Source: Escherichia coli
GTDB lineage: Bacteria; Pseudomonadota; Gammaproteobacteria; Enterobacterales; Enterobacteriaceae
Length of the DNA stretch: 64,000 nt
Assembly (NCBI RefSeq): GCF_013315695.1
Contig: NZ_CP054353.1
Direction: 5' to 3' (one strand)
Both the position numbers and the translations under genes were made by a program. Shown in pieces: positions 29,559 through 42,850 of the stretch (within the stretch, counting starts at the first letter, position 1; every line of letters starts with the position of its first letter). The notes below the pieces were generated by a model. It was not told where the DNA came from and did not search any database. It saw only the letters and a program-made list of their open reading frames with translations.

Positions 29559-30787
29559 CGAAAGATCTTTCGATTACTTTTTGCGGCGTGAAGTTTCCCA
29601 ACCCGTTCTGCCTCTCTTCTTCGCCTGTAGGCAACTGCTATGAGATGTGTGCCAAAGCCTACGACACAGGCTGGGGCGGCGTGGTGTTTAAAACGATCGG
29701 CTTTTTTATCGCCAACGAAGTCTCGCCGCGTTTTGATCATCTGGTGAAAGAAGATACCGGTTTTATCGGCTTCAAAAATATGGAGCAGATTGCTGAACAT
29801 CCGTTGGAAGATAATCTGGCCGCCCTGCGTCGGCTGAAAGAAGATTATCCGGACAAAGTATTGATCGCTTCAATCATGGGCGAAAATGAGCAGCAATGGG
29901 AAGAGCTGGCGCGTCTGGTGCAAGAAGCTGGCGCGGATATGATCGAGTGTAACTTCTCCTGTCCGCAAATGACTTCTCATGCGATGGGTAGCGATGTCGG
30001 GCAAAGCCCGGAGCTGGTAGAAAAATATTGTCGGGCAGTAAAACGTGGTTCCACGCTGCCAATGCTGGCGAAGATGACGCCGAATATCGGTGATATGTGC
30101 GAAGTGGCGCTGGCGGCGAAGCGCGGCGGCGCAGATGGCATTGCGGCGATTAACACCGTTAAATCCATCACCAATATCGATCTTAATCAGAAAATCGGTA
30201 TGCCGATCGTTAACGGTAAATCGAGTATTTCCGGATATTCCGGTAAAGCGGTAAAACCGATCGCCCTGCGCTTCATTCAGCAAATGCGTACCCATCCAGA
30301 GCTGCGCGATTTCCCGATCAGCGGTATCGGCGGTATTGAAACCTGGGAAGATGCGGCAGAGTTTTTATTGCTCGGTGCAGCGACGTTGCAGGTGACCACC
30401 GGCATTATGCAGTACGGGTATCGGATAGTGGAAGATATGGCGAGCGGGTTGTCGCATTATCTCGCCGATCAAGGGTTTGATTCGTTGCAGGAGATGGTAG
30501 GTCTGGCGAATAACAATATTGTCCCGGCGGAAGATTTAGACCGCAGTTATATTGTCTATCCCCATATCAATCTTGATAAATGTGTTGGCTGTGGACGCTG
30601 TTATATTTCCTGTTACGACGGCGGTCACCAGGCGATGGAATGGAGCGAGAAAACCCGTACACCGCATTGTAATACCGAGAAATGTGTGGGTTGCCTGCTT
30701 TGTGGTCACGTCTGCCCGGTGGGTTGTATTGATCTCGGAGAAGTGAAGTTTAAGAAGGGAGAGAAAGAACACCCGGTAACGTTGTAA
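29552..30787 (+). CDS. preA: Dihydropyrimidine dehydrogenase subunit PreA
   Basis: [19 protein letters not shown] starts a DHOD-like barrel, followed by the C-terminal ferredoxin motifs [11 protein letters not shown] and [12 protein letters not shown]. Confidence 0.9.
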
Positions 30788-30795
30788 AATCAGAG

Positions 30796-30845
30796 ACGCA
30801 TCCGGCATTTGGCACCGATTGCCGGATGCAGCGCATCCGGCAATA
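30796..30845. repeat. Pair of inverted REP elements (BIME-like)
   Basis: GACGCATCCGGCA ... TGCCGGATGCAGCGCATCCGGCA. Confidence 0.6.
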
Positions 30846-30857
30846 CCCACATTCACA

Positions 30858-31868
30858 TCATTTCTTACGCGCGTATTTCAGTGAATCCAGCGCTACGGCG
30901 AAGATAATAATCGCCCCTTTGATGATGTACTGCCAGTATGGGTTTACGCCGATATACGTCAGGCCATAGTTGATGACGGTAAAAATAATTACCCCGGTCA
31001 CCACGCCAATCACCGTCCCCACACCGCCGCTGAACGATACGCCGCCCACCACGCACGCCGCGATAGCATCCAGTTCATACATAAAGCCGAGGTTGTTGGT
31101 GGCAGAGCCGATACGTCCGGCTTCTAACATCCCGCCGAAGGCATAGAACACACCAGACAACGCGTAGATCATCAGCAGGTTCAGGCCGACGTTGACACCA
31201 GATACTTTCGCCGCTTCCGGGTTACCGCCAATGGCAAAAATGTTCTTACCGAAGCGGGTTTTGTTCCACAACACCCAGACGAACGCCACCGCAATCAACG
31301 CGTAGAAGGTGATGTAAGAGAGACGGAAACTCCCCAGCGCGACAAAGCCCTGAGCAAAGGTAGAGAAGCCACTGTCAAAACCAGAAATTGGCGACGCCCC
31401 GACAAAGTCGTAATAGAGCGAGTTGATGCCATAGACGATGATCATCGTGCCGAGCGTGGTAATGAACGGCGTCACGTTGAGATAGGCGATAATCAGACCG
31501 TTGATCAAACCGATCACCGCACCAATGGCACAGACAATCAGAATAACCAGCGCAATCGGCATCGTCGCCATTTCCGGGAACACTTTGTTAGCGTTATCCA
31601 TGGACTGCAATAACGTCGCTGCCACCACTGCCGCCAGCCCCACCTGGCGACCTGCAGAAAGGTCGGTCCCCTGGGTGACAATTAACCCTGCCACACCGAG
31701 CGCGATAATAATACGCACCGATGACTGGGTGAGAATATTACTTAAGTTCAACAGACTTAAAAATGTTGGGTCCTGGAAAATAATAATCGCCAGCAAAACT
31801 AAAAGAACGACGTAAATACCGCCCTCTTTCAGGTAAGTAAGAAAACTTTTCTTATTTAACGCACTCAT
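30858..31868 (-). CDS. mglC: Galactose/methyl-galactoside ABC permease MglC
   Basis: A 336-aa polytopic membrane protein. Confidence 0.95.
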   Translation of the reverse strand: MSALNKKSFLTYLKEGGIYVVLLVLLAIIIFQDPTFLSLLNLSNILTQSSVRIIIALGVAGLIVTQGTDLSAGRQVGLAAVVAATLLQSMDNANKVFPEMATMPIALVILIVCAIGAVIGLINGLIIAYLNVTPFITTLGTMIIVYGINSLYYDFVGASPISGFDSGFSTFAQGFVALGSFRLSYITFYALIAVAFVWVLWNKTRFGKNIFAIGGNPEAAKVSGVNVGLNLLMIYALSGVFYAFGGMLEAGRIGSATNNLGFMYELDAIAACVVGGVSFSGGVGTVIGVVTGVIIFTVINYGLTYIGVNPYWQYIIKGAIIIFAVALDSLKYARKK

Positions 31869-31883
31869 GGGAAGCCCCTAATC

Positions 31884-33404
31884 TTAAAGGTGCAAAGACG
31901 CAAGACGCAGAATTTCGTTTTGCGTTGTTGTTTTTGTATCGACAATTCCGGAAACGAGACCATTGCTCATGACCAGAATACGGTCTGTTATCCCTAACAA
32001 CTCAGGCATTTCAGAGGAGATAATAATAATCCCTTTGCCTTTCTTCGCCAGTTCGGCAATTAACTGATAGATCTCAAACTTCGCTCCGACATCAATACCG
32101 CGCGTCGGTTCATCGAGCATTAATATTTCTGGTTGCGTTAGTAGCCAGCGACCAATAATCACCTTTTGCTGATTACCGCCGGAGAGCGAACCAATTTGCG
32201 TCCGATGACCTGGCGTTTTTACCCGCATCGAATCAATGACCCACTGGGTATCGCTTTTCATCCGCGAATTATCCAGCAAGCCAACTTTGTTTTTGTAATT
32301 GCGAATATTGGAAATTAACGAGTTAAAGCCAATATCCAGATAGGCATAAATTCCCGTTGAGCGGCGCTCTTCAGTTACCAGTGCAAATCCGTGGTTTATG
32401 GCTTCGTTGGCATTATGGTTATTGATCTTTTTGCCGTGCAACGTAATGGTGCCAGCCGATTTCTCGCGAATACCAAATAACGTCTCAACAATATCGGTAC
32501 GTTTCGCTCCCACCAGACCGGCTATACCGAGAATCTCCCCTTTATGCAGATCAAACGAGACATCACGGATCGACGGCTGGCGCAGCGACGTCAGGTTACG
32601 CACTTCCAGAATCACTTCGCCCGGCTTGTTTTCTTTGTCAGGGAAACGCTGGTTAAGAGAACGCCCAACCATCATGGCGATGATCTTGTCCATCGTCAGC
32701 CCTGCCAGCGGTTCGGTAGCGATCCACTGACCGTCGCGCAATACGGTAACTTCATCACATAACTGGAAGATTTCTTCCATTTTATGCGAGATATAAACAA
32801 TACCGCAGCCGCGCTCTTTTAATTTACGAATAATAGTGAACAGATGATTGACCTCTTTTTCGGTTAACGAAGAAGTCGGTTCATCCATAATCACAATTTT
32901 CGCGTTATAGGAAAACGCTTTGGCGATTTCAATCATCTGCATTTGCGAAACGGATAATGTGCCGACGCGTGCACGCGGATCGATATCAATATCCAGTTCA
33001 TCAAAAATCGCTTTGGTTTCGCGGTACATTTTGTCTTGATCGACAAACATGCCTTTGGTGGGATATCGCCCCAGCCACATGTTATCCATCACCGAACGTT
33101 GTAATACCAGGTTTAACTCCTGGTGTACCATCGAAATACCATTTTCCAGCGCTTCTTTGGCAGAATGGAAATCGATCTCTTTACCCTGGAATAAAATGGT
33201 GCCGGAGTCTTTTTGATAAATACCAAACAGGCATTTTAATAATGTTGATTTTCCTGCGCCGTTTTCCCCCATTAATGCATGGATAGAATGTGGCCGGACT
33301 TTTAAATTAACGTTATCAAGTGCCTTAACACCAGGAAAAGACTTGTTGATACCGCTCATTTCCAACAAGTATTCCCCGGAAGACGGAGTCGTTGAGCTGA
33401 CCAT
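31884..33404 (-). CDS. mglA: Galactose ABC transporter ATPase MglA
   Basis: A 506-aa ORF with duplicated ABC domains (GENGAGKST; LSGGNQQK). Confidence 0.95.
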   Translation of the reverse strand: MVSSTTPSSGEYLLEMSGINKSFPGVKALDNVNLKVRPHSIHALMGENGAGKSTLLKCLFGIYQKDSGTILFQGKEIDFHSAKEALENGISMVHQELNLVLQRSVMDNMWLGRYPTKGMFVDQDKMYRETKAIFDELDIDIDPRARVGTLSVSQMQMIEIAKAFSYNAKIVIMDEPTSSLTEKEVNHLFTIIRKLKERGCGIVYISHKMEEIFQLCDEVTVLRDGQWIATEPLAGLTMDKIIAMMVGRSLNQRFPDKENKPGEVILEVRNLTSLRQPSIRDVSFDLHKGEILGIAGLVGAKRTDIVETLFGIREKSAGTITLHGKKINNHNANEAINHGFALVTEERRSTGIYAYLDIGFNSLISNIRNYKNKVGLLDNSRMKSDTQWVIDSMRVKTPGHRTQIGSLSGGNQQKVIIGRWLLTQPEILMLDEPTRGIDVGAKFEIYQLIAELAKKGKGIIIISSEMPELLGITDRILVMSNGLVSGIVDTKTTTQNEILRLASLHL

Positions 33405-33464
33405 ATAATTTTACCTTGTTGGCCATACAATAAGGGCGCAGTAAACGACTGCGCCCAATCAGTC

Positions 33465-34463
33465 TTATTTCTTGCTGAATTCAGCCAGGTTGTCTTTATC
33501 TACGCCAACATAAGGTACGCGGACCACTTTGTTGTCGATTTTCCAGTTGGTGCCATCAGCCGCACCTTTGCCATCGGCCAGGTTTTTCGCCAAATCAAAG
33601 GTCGCTTTCGCCTGGTTGTTAGCATCGTTCAGTACGGTGCCCGCCAGTGCACCGGATTTCACCAGCGCAAGCGCTTCTGGCAGCGCATCGACGCCAAACA
33701 CCGGAATGCTGGATTTGTTGTGTGCTTTCAGTGCTTCTACCGCGCCCATTGCCATCGCATCGTTGTTGGCGATAACCACTTCGATTTTGTTGGCGTTCGG
33801 GCCAGACAGCCAGGCGTCCATCTTATCTTTCGCCTGAGCGGTATCCCACATAGCGGTATCTAACTGTAACTGTTCAGTTTTGATGCCTTTGTCGTTCAAT
33901 TCTTTAATCACGTAAGTGGTACGTGCTTCTGCATCCGGATGGCCCGGCTCACCTTTCAGCAGTACGAATTGAATCTGACCGTCTTTGTTCAGATCCCAAC
34001 CCTGATTCGCCGCCCAGTGTTTAGCAATCAAATCGCCCTGAATAATGCCGGACTCTTTGGAGTCAGTGCCAACGTAGTAGGCTTTGTCGTAGCTATCCAG
34101 CGCCTTACGAGACGGTTCTTTGTTGAAGAAAACCACCGGCACGTTTTGCCCACGCGCTTTCTCAATCACCGTACCCGCAGCTGCCGGGTCAACCAGGTTG
34201 ATTGCCAGTGCCTTCACCCCTTTCGCCAGCAATACGTCGATCTGATCGTTCTGCTTGGACTGGTCATTCTGAGAATCATTCATCAGCAGCTGAACATCTG
34301 GCGCGGCTTTCGCATCTTGCTCAATAGCCTTGCGCACCACAGACATAAAGTTATCGTCGTACTTGTAGATTGTTACACCAATGCGAGTATCAGCGGCGTG
34401 TGCAGCGGCACCGAATAACATGCTGGCCATCACAGCAGACAGGGTTAACACCTTCTTATTCAT
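33465..34463 (-). CDS. mglB: Periplasmic galactose/glucose-binding protein MglB
   Basis: A 332-aa ORF with the signal peptide [23 protein letters not shown]. Confidence 0.95.
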   Translation of the reverse strand: MNKKVLTLSAVMASMLFGAAAHAADTRIGVTIYKYDDNFMSVVRKAIEQDAKAAPDVQLLMNDSQNDQSKQNDQIDVLLAKGVKALAINLVDPAAAGTVIEKARGQNVPVVFFNKEPSRKALDSYDKAYYVGTDSKESGIIQGDLIAKHWAANQGWDLNKDGQIQFVLLKGEPGHPDAEARTTYVIKELNDKGIKTEQLQLDTAMWDTAQAKDKMDAWLSGPNANKIEVVIANNDAMAMGAVEALKAHNKSSIPVFGVDALPEALALVKSGALAGTVLNDANNQAKATFDLAKNLADGKGAADGTNWKIDNKVVRVPYVGVDKDNLAEFSKK

Positions 34464-34714
34464 GGTATCTCCGGTTTTTCTTATGCAGGGTAGTGCTTGA
34501 GATAAATGCTCGGCGGGGCAGTAGAGTTAATGAAGTGTTACTGAACGCCGAAGCTCACTTTTTAAAATTCGTTCTTCCATGCCCGGTAACGCTCCAGAAA
34601 ACGGCTTTAATTGTTGTTATGACGCTATTACCTCGGTGAAAGTGATTATTCACTGTTACATACGGGTTACAACGTTAAAACGGTGCAATCATAGCTATCA
34701 CATTGTTAAGATAC

Positions 34715-34730
34715 TGTGAAATCACTCACA
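34715..34730. promoter_or_regulatory. CRP-binding site upstream of mglB
   Basis: TGTGAAATCACTCACA is a perfect TGTGA-N6-TCACA. The adjacent TGTAACCGCTTTCAA (complement of 34731-34747) resembles a GalR/GalS operator. Confidence 0.6.
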
Positions 34731-34742
34731 GATTGAAAGCGG

Positions 34743-35783
34743 TTACATCGCCTGATTTGTTGAGTTAGTGATCGCCGCCGCATTCTGGCGCGTTGCGACA
34801 GAATGACGACGCACTAACGTTGGCATAAAACAGTGGCTGGCACGAGGATCAATATTGCCTGCTGCCCCCTGCAAGGCCAGTTCGGTGGCTAATTTAGCCA
34901 TTGAAGCAATGGGATAACGCACGGTCGTTAATTGCGGGTCGGTGTAACGGGCGATGGGAATATCATCGAAACCGATGATTGAGAGATGTAACGGAATCGC
35001 AATGCCATTATCTTTTAATGCTGTCAGTGCGCCAGCAGCCATATTGTCGTTATAAGCAAATACAGCGGTAAGTTGTAGATTGCGCCCCAGCAGTTCAACC
35101 ATCGCCGCCTCACCGCCCGGCATGTCCGGCGTGCCAGTGCCAATCCAGCTTTCCGGCGGAATAATATCCTGCTCTTTCAACGCACTCATCCAGCCTGCTT
35201 TACGCATGGCGTCATCTTCAATGCCGTGACTGGAAGAAAGATAACCAATACGTTGATGACCGTTATTCAGCAACATGCGCGTCGCCATTCGGGCACCGCT
35301 GAGATTATCCAGGCAAACGCAACGATGGGCGTACCCCGGCACAACGCGGTTGATTAACACCATACCGGGAATGTTATCCATAAATTGTGCCAGTTCATCA
35401 TCACTCAATGCTTTTGAGTGAACAATCAACGCATTACAACGCTGGCGAATTAACACCTCAATGGCGTGACGCTCTTTTTCCGCTTCATGATAGCTATTGC
35501 CTATTAGCACGTATTTCTGATGCTGCTGAGCGACCAAATCCACCGCTTTTACCAGCGCACCAAAAAACGCATCAGAAACGTCCATCACCACCACGCCAAT
35601 GGTATCGCTAACCTGAGTTGCCAGCGCCTGGGCATTGGCGTTTGGCCGATAATCCAGCTCACTCACGGCTTTCATTACTGCTTCACGCGTGTCGGCACTG
35701 ACCAGCGTGCTGTTATTGAGCACCCGGGAAACCGTTGCCACAGAGACGCCAGCCTGACGCGCTACATCACGAATGGTGATCAT
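34743..35783 (-). CDS. galS: LacI-family repressor GalS
   Basis: It has the [26 protein letters not shown] and is 346 aa from the K-12 start. Confidence 0.95.
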   Translation of the reverse strand: MITIRDVARQAGVSVATVSRVLNNSTLVSADTREAVMKAVSELDYRPNANAQALATQVSDTIGVVVMDVSDAFFGALVKAVDLVAQQHQKYVLIGNSYHEAEKERHAIEVLIRQRCNALIVHSKALSDDELAQFMDNIPGMVLINRVVPGYAHRCVCLDNLSGARMATRMLLNNGHQRIGYLSSSHGIEDDAMRKAGWMSALKEQDIIPPESWIGTGTPDMPGGEAAMVELLGRNLQLTAVFAYNDNMAAGALTALKDNGIAIPLHLSIIGFDDIPIARYTDPQLTTVRYPIASMAKLATELALQGAAGNIDPRASHCFMPTLVRRHSVATRQNAAAITNSTNQAM

Positions 35784-35924
35784 ATTCACTACCTGTTATG
35801 AGATTGCAGTAAATGACTGCTTGCTGGCGGCTATTTTGTCAGCACTGAATACAGGACTTCGTGAATCGAGTCACAGCAATGGAAACGGTTACAGCCGTTT
35901 TGTTAACGAATGTGATCCAGATCG

Positions 35925-37082
35925 TTATCTTGATGTTTTAGATATTGCCGGTCCGGCAGCACGCAAAGTTAACTGACGCCAGAGCCATTCCACCGGCCCC
36001 TGGCGGAAGTAACGCAGCCAGATAACAGAGAAGAAGATATTCGCCAGCCATACCGGAATAACAAACGCCAGCAGCTCCAGACGGTCAAACTGCATAAACA
36101 AACCGAGGTGGTAAAAAAGCGTAGTACAAATCAGCGTTTGCAATAGATAGTTGGTCAGTGCCATCCGTCCGACACAGGCGATTGCCAGCACCAGCTTAAA
36201 GCGGCTTAATTGCGGCCAGAAGCCATAAAACAGCGACGCATAGCCAATCGCTTGAAACGGCGCACTCAGTTCCCGCGGCATTTGAAGTAAGAAGGCACAC
36301 CAGCGATACGCCCAGTCTAGCTGCCATTGCAGGGCGATGGCAGGAAGGTTAATGGTCACCCCAATCGCCACCAGCACAAAACCAGTACGACGATAGTGAC
36401 GTAAGCTGAACTGCCCTTTCAGCCAGCCGCTGCGCATCAGCGCCGCACCAATGAGCATCATCCCTGCCAGTTGCCAGCCATACTGTGCGCCCAGTGCCAG
36501 TAAACTGTTGCCAACACCATCGGCACGATTACTGATCGCTTCAACGCCGCCGTGAAGCTTCCAGTATTTTTCATACAAAATAGCCGATGCATCCGGCGTC
36601 CAGGCGCGGCTGGTCTGGCTGTCGGAAATCAGCCCCAATAACAGCAAAACGCCAAGCCCCACCAGATAAAGCATGACGCCTGTATTAAACAGGCTTTTTA
36701 CCGATGGCGCATCGCGCACCAGCCGCCAGCAGATTAAGCCCACCAGCCCGTAAGCCAGCAGAATATCGCCGTCCCAGAACAATAAACCGTGAATAAAGCC
36801 CAGCAAGACTAACAGCGTTAACCGCGACTGGATCCAGCGTCTGCCACGGGGCAGCAACATTTGCAGGCCCGCCCCAAACAGCAGAGCAAAAAGCGTGAGG
36901 AATTTCACCTGGCCGATGAGATCGAGAAATGCCCAGGTCCATGCATCCTGCGACGTAATAGCGCCGTACCAGGCGGGATTGAGATAAGCCGCCTTTGGTA
37001 GCCCAAAGGCGCTGATGTTTAATAGCAGGATCCCCAGAATGGCGACGCCGCGAACAAAATCGAGCGTGACGTTGCGCTCCAT
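35925..37082 (-). CDS. yeiB: DUF418 inner-membrane protein YeiB
   Basis: A 385-aa polytopic protein. Confidence 0.85.
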   Translation of the reverse strand: MERNVTLDFVRGVAILGILLLNISAFGLPKAAYLNPAWYGAITSQDAWTWAFLDLIGQVKFLTLFALLFGAGLQMLLPRGRRWIQSRLTLLVLLGFIHGLLFWDGDILLAYGLVGLICWRLVRDAPSVKSLFNTGVMLYLVGLGVLLLLGLISDSQTSRAWTPDASAILYEKYWKLHGGVEAISNRADGVGNSLLALGAQYGWQLAGMMLIGAALMRSGWLKGQFSLRHYRRTGFVLVAIGVTINLPAIALQWQLDWAYRWCAFLLQMPRELSAPFQAIGYASLFYGFWPQLSRFKLVLAIACVGRMALTNYLLQTLICTTLFYHLGLFMQFDRLELLAFVIPVWLANIFFSVIWLRYFRQGPVEWLWRQLTLRAAGPAISKTSR

Positions 37083-37098
37083 GGTTCCTGTCTTTTAA

Positions 37099-37767
37099 TC
37101 AGTTGTGATGACGCACAGCGCGCAGAAACTCGTGGCGCGTATTCTGACTGGATTTGAACAATCCACCAAGAGAAGTCGTTGTTGTGGCACTGGTTGCGTC
37201 GCGGATGCCACGCGCTTTCACGCAGTAATGCACCGCGTCGATAGAGACAGCCACGTTATTGGTGCCCAGCAGCGTTTGTAGCGCAATGAGAATTTGCTGG
37301 GTCAGACGTTCCTGCACCTGCGGACGTTGGGCAAAGAACTGCACGATGCGGTTAATTTTTGACAGACCGATCACCGAATCTTTCGGGATATAAGCCACCG
37401 TCGCTTTGCCATCGATGGTAACAAAATGGTGTTCACAGGTGCTGGTCAGGGTGATATCGCGCACGGTGACCATTTCATCGACCTTCATTTTGTTTTCAAT
37501 GAGGGTGATTTTCGGGAAATTGGCGTAATCCAGACCGGAGAAAATTTCATCGACATACATTTTAGCGATGCGATGCGGCGTTTCCATCAAACTGTCATCA
37601 GCCAGGTCGAGATTCAGCAGCTGCATGATTTCGGTCATATGACCAGCAATAAGGCTTTTGCGCGTTTCGTTATCCATTTCATGCACGGGCGGGCGCAGCG
37701 GTGTTTCCAGTCCTCGCGCAACTAACGCTTCATGAACCAGGGCCGCTTCTTTACTGAGTGATGGCAT
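37099..37767 (-). CDS. folE: GTP cyclohydrolase I
   Basis: A 222-aa ORF containing [13 protein letters not shown]. Confidence 0.95.
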
Positions 37768-37991
37768 TTATGATTTCTCCTGCAGGTGTGACGCCTCCGC
37801 CCTGCGTGGGGGCAAAGTTATTAAGCTGATTTACAGCCTGATTATTGTGCGTGAGGCGGCGCACATAATCCAGTATTCACAGCGATAATTATTGTAATTG
37901 CCGCTGCCTTTCATCAGCAGATGTTAAAACATCGTTATGCAAATACGGAAGTGAAAGTTACTCACAGCACATTGAATAAACGGTATGATGA

Positions 37992-38861
<870 letters not shown>

Positions 38862-38892
38862 AAGTCCGCCCGGTTCGCCGGGCATCTTCTCA

Positions 38893-40884
38893 TCAGAAGC
38901 GATAATCCACTGCCATAAAGTAACGACGTCCGTCTTCGTTATAGCTGTAGTCGTCACGACTGAGATCCTTGTCGCCAAGGTTCAGCACGCCTGCGCGCAG
39001 TTTGACGTCTTTAGTTACCTGCCAGGCCGCACCGGTATTCCAGATGGTATAACCGCCCGGTGTTTTAGCCGTCGCGCTGTCGGCGCGTTTCTGCCCGGTA
39101 TAGTGACCAGAAACATAGAATGACCAGTCTTCCAGCGCCAGCGGTTTCCAGTCCAGCGTACCGTTAGCAGTATGGAACGGCAGATCGGATAGCGGTTTGT
39201 TTTCGCCGTTGCTGACATCACGACCATCGTTGTAGGTGTAGTTGAGTGACAGTTTCCATTCATCGTTGAACGGAATTTTCAGCTCGGTTTCCACGCCCTG
39301 AATACGTGCTTTGTTAACGTTGTAGTAGCTGAATACCGGTATGCGCCGTCCGTTAGCGCCCGTCTCAAAACCGACAAAGTTTTGGTAGCCCGGTGCAGCA
39401 TTGACGTCAGACGTACGGCTGATGCTGATGCGATCTTTCACATCGTTACGGAAAACGGTAACGCTGGACTCCACCCCTTCCAGCCAGCCTTCTTCACCCA
39501 TGTAGTAAAGCCCCAGCTCCCAACTTTCGCTGGTTTCTGGTTTCAGATCCGGGCTACCCACAATCTTACATGCGCCACGGCAGGAATTGCTCGTCCAGTC
39601 AGGGCTAAGTTGCAACAGAGAAGGCGCTTTAAATGCCGTCGCCCAGCCCCCTTTCACCGTTACGGTGTCGGTGGCGTTATAAACCAGGTAGGCACGCGGA
39701 CTCCAGTGTTCACCGTAGGTTTCATGATCGTCCATACGTACGCCGGTCGTCAGCGCCAGCGGCTCGAAGATCCGCCATTCATCTTCCACAAACAGCGCGT
39801 ACTGGCTGGCAGATGTTTTGGAGCTGGTTCCCCCTGTCAGGTTCACCTCATCGCTAAGTTTGTCGTGACGCCATTCACCGCCAACCGTGAGAAACTGATT
39901 AATCGCCGTTAACGGCAACGTGTATTTGCCGTCGACCGTATTGCTTTCGGAAGTTATCGGGCTGCTGTTGCCGGGGTTTTTGTTCTCGACTTTCTCACCG
40001 TAGTATTTCAGTTCGCTGGTGCCGTAATCCCAACGCCCATTATGGCTAACGGAGTAGTTCTGGCGTTCCAGGCGGTTTTTGTCCAGCGAGTCGGAATCAC
40101 GATCCTGACGGTCGAAACCGTATCCGGCAGTAAAATCGTGATTTTGATTCGGTGTCCAGGCAAATTCGACATTGCCGTCGCGGCTGGAGAATCCTTCAAT
40201 ACGCGGCGTTTCTCCGGTATCGGTGGTCGTTGAGTTTTGCGGGTCATCCTTTTCACGTTTTGCCAGGCTGCCGTAAGCTTTCATTCCCAGCACGCCGTCA
40301 ATTAATGGTCCGCTGGTAAAGAACTGACCGTTATAGGTATCACCGCGATCGCGATGTTCCTGAACGGTGGTATCGACGGTAACGGTGCCCGACCATTTCT
40401 GACCGATTTTTTTGGTGATGATATTCACTACACCGCCGAGCGCATCGGAACCGTACAGCGACGACATCGGACCACGGACCACTTCAATACGTTCGATGGA
40501 ATCGACCGGGATCCAGTTCAGATCGAAATCATTGTGGCGGAAGACGGCATTGCGGGAGTTAACGCGTTTACCGTCGACAAGAATCAGGGTGTAGCTGCTG
40601 TCCAGACCACGAATACTTACGCCCTTACGGTTATCCCCTTCGTTCGTCAGTTGTACGCCAGGCACTTCTTTGAGGACATCCTTCAGATTCTGTACCGGTT
40701 TTCGCTGCAGGTCTTCCTAGGTAATGACGCTGATACTGGCGGGTGCATCTTTAAGGTTTTGCTCAACGGAAGATGCAGTGACAACCATCGTTTCGCCATC
40801 ATCATCGACCGCTAACACAGGCCATGCACAAGAAATAGCGGACAAACACAGCCCGACCCGTACGAAAGGGTTCAACCTAAACAT
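38893..40884 (-). pseudogene. cirA: cirA (catecholate-siderophore / colicin I receptor) interrupted by an in-frame amber codon at codon 56
   Basis: Translating from the ATG at 40884 gives [55 protein letters not shown], then TAG (40717-40719) where K-12 has Gln, then [12 protein letters not shown]. The track ORF (590 aa) lacks the signal peptide and TonB box. Confidence 0.85.
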
Positions 40885-41053
40885 TCCATATCTCCATGAG
40901 GTAACTACGAAAATAAAATGGGTTATCGCTCACATCTTCTTCATGTCCCCTTGCGTACGGCAGCATCGCGGTGGACTTATTTGTATGCAGGTGATCATCC
41001 CAGAAAGCCGGAACAGCCTCTGATTTGTCAGCCTTTTTTGATTGCGGCGTAAC

Positions 41054-41078
41054 GATAATGCAAACGATAACAATTATC
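41054..41078. promoter_or_regulatory. Fur box in the cirA promoter region
   Basis: GATAATGcaaacGATAACAATTATC closely resembles the GATAATGATAATCATTATC consensus. Confidence 0.6.
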
Positions 41079-41129
41079 AATCCAAATGTTAAATTTTATA
41101 TCCGCATGATTTGTCAGGGAAATGGAATT

Positions 41130-41156
41130 GAAAAAGCCCTCTCGGTTGAGAGGGCT
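41130..41156 (-). terminator. lysP rho-independent terminator
   Basis: On the minus strand the 9-bp stem AGCCCTCTC/GAGAGGGCT is followed by TTTTT. Confidence 0.7.
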
Positions 41157-41176
41157 TAGCAAGGAAGGGAGGAAAC

Positions 41177-42646
41177 TTATTTCTTATCGTTCTGCGGGAA
41201 CTTCATTTCGCTGTAACGTACGAAGTGTGTTCCTTTAATCAGCTTGTAGCCGAACCAAATAATCAGGAACAGCGGGATACCAATATACGTTGCCGCTACG
41301 CCGCCCCAGTCAATGGTATCTTTCAGGAACGCTTCGTAGTTCTGGCCCAAAGTGATAATCAGACACAGAATGAATGCGAAGATCGGCCCCAGTGGGAAGA
41401 AACCTGAACGGTACGGCAGATCGTTAATGTCGTGTCCCTGCAATACGTAACCGCGACGGAAGCGGTAGTGGCTAATGGCAATCCCCAGCCAGGCGATAAA
41501 ACCCGTCATCCCGGAGGTGTTCAGCAGCCACAGGTATACCGTCTGGTTGCCAAACATGGAGGTCAGGAAGCACAGACCGGCAATCACCGTCGTCGCATAC
41601 AGCGCATTACGCGGCACGCCACCACGCGACAGTTTAGCGAAAATGCGCGGCGCTTTACCGTCACACGCCAGGGTGTACAGCATACGAGTAGACGCATACA
41701 TACCGGAGTTACCCGCTGACAGCACCGCCGTCAGAATAACTGCGTTCATCACCGCCGCCGCAGAGAGCAGACCCGCGTGCTGGAACACCAGGGTGAACGG
41801 ACTAACGCTGATGTCTTTAACATCGTTACGCAGCAGGCTCGGATCGGTGTACGGAATAATCAGGCTGATAATCAGGATCGCGAACACATAGAACAACAGG
41901 ATTCGCCAGAATACCTGACGTACCGCGCGTGGAATGTTTTTCGCCGGATCTTCGGACTCGCCTGCAGCAATACCGATCAGCTCGGTTCCCTGGAAAGAGA
42001 AGCCGACAATCATAGCTACGCCGATCATCGCCGCAAAACCACCAGCAAACGGCGCTTCGCCGATTGTCCAGTTGCTCCAGCCCGCAGGCTGCGCGCCTTT
42101 GAAGATACCGATAATCATCAGCACGCCAACGATGATAAAGACAATAACTGTCGTGACTTTGATCAGTGAGAACCAGTATTCCGCTTCACCAAAGCCACGA
42201 ACTGAGATGTAGTTCAGCAGGAAGATAACGCCGAGGAACAGCGCACTCCAGATCCAGCCCGGTGTATCCGGGAACCACCAGCTCATGACCAGCTGTGCTG
42301 CAACCAGGTCAACGGCGATAGTCACCGCCCAGTTGTACCAGTAGTTCCAGCCCAGCGCGAAGCCAAAGCCTTCTTCAACATAGTTCTGACCATAAGTGGC
42401 AAACGAACCGGAAACCGGCATATATGCAGCCAGTTCACCGAGACTGGTCATCAGGAAGTAAACCATCAGGCCAATCAGCATATACGAGAGCAATGCCCCG
42501 CCCGGACCTGCCTGAGAAATCGTTGCGCCAGAGGCAACAAAAAGACCTGTACCGATGGAACCGCCAATGGCAATCATCGTCAGGTGACGCGCCTTTAATT
42601 CACGGCGTAAGCCCGGCGCTTCTGTAGTTTTAGTTTCGGAACCCAT
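41177..42646 (-). CDS. lysP: Lysine-specific permease LysP (APC family)
   Basis: A 489-aa, 12-TM amino-acid permease. Confidence 0.95.
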   Translation of the reverse strand: MGSETKTTEAPGLRRELKARHLTMIAIGGSIGTGLFVASGATISQAGPGGALLSYMLIGLMVYFLMTSLGELAAYMPVSGSFATYGQNYVEEGFGFALGWNYWYNWAVTIAVDLVAAQLVMSWWFPDTPGWIWSALFLGVIFLLNYISVRGFGEAEYWFSLIKVTTVIVFIIVGVLMIIGIFKGAQPAGWSNWTIGEAPFAGGFAAMIGVAMIVGFSFQGTELIGIAAGESEDPAKNIPRAVRQVFWRILLFYVFAILIISLIIPYTDPSLLRNDVKDISVSPFTLVFQHAGLLSAAAVMNAVILTAVLSAGNSGMYASTRMLYTLACDGKAPRIFAKLSRGGVPRNALYATTVIAGLCFLTSMFGNQTVYLWLLNTSGMTGFIAWLGIAISHYRFRRGYVLQGHDINDLPYRSGFFPLGPIFAFILCLIITLGQNYEAFLKDTIDWGGVAATYIGIPLFLIIWFGYKLIKGTHFVRYSEMKFPQNDKK

Positions 42647-42850
42647 ACAAAAATGCTATCCATCTTAAAAATGAGGCGCGATTGTAGCAGACGATTGGCA
42701 ATCCTTCCGGCAGAAATACACGGTTATAAGACACCTTCATGATCGCCCAGGGATTATAAGTAAAGCAGCCAATCTCTTTTCTGGCGAATGCATGCTGAGG
42801 GCGCTGCGTCACGAAATCGACACAGCACCAGCATGTTCTTGTACAGCAAC

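Noticed and set aside
38893-40665. 590-aa ORF taken at face value as a shorter cirA-like gene
   Set aside because: Its Met is internal to CirA. The upstream 55 codons, in the same frame, encode the authentic signal peptide and TonB box, interrupted by one TAG. I therefore call the locus a pseudogene rather than an N-terminally shortened receptor.
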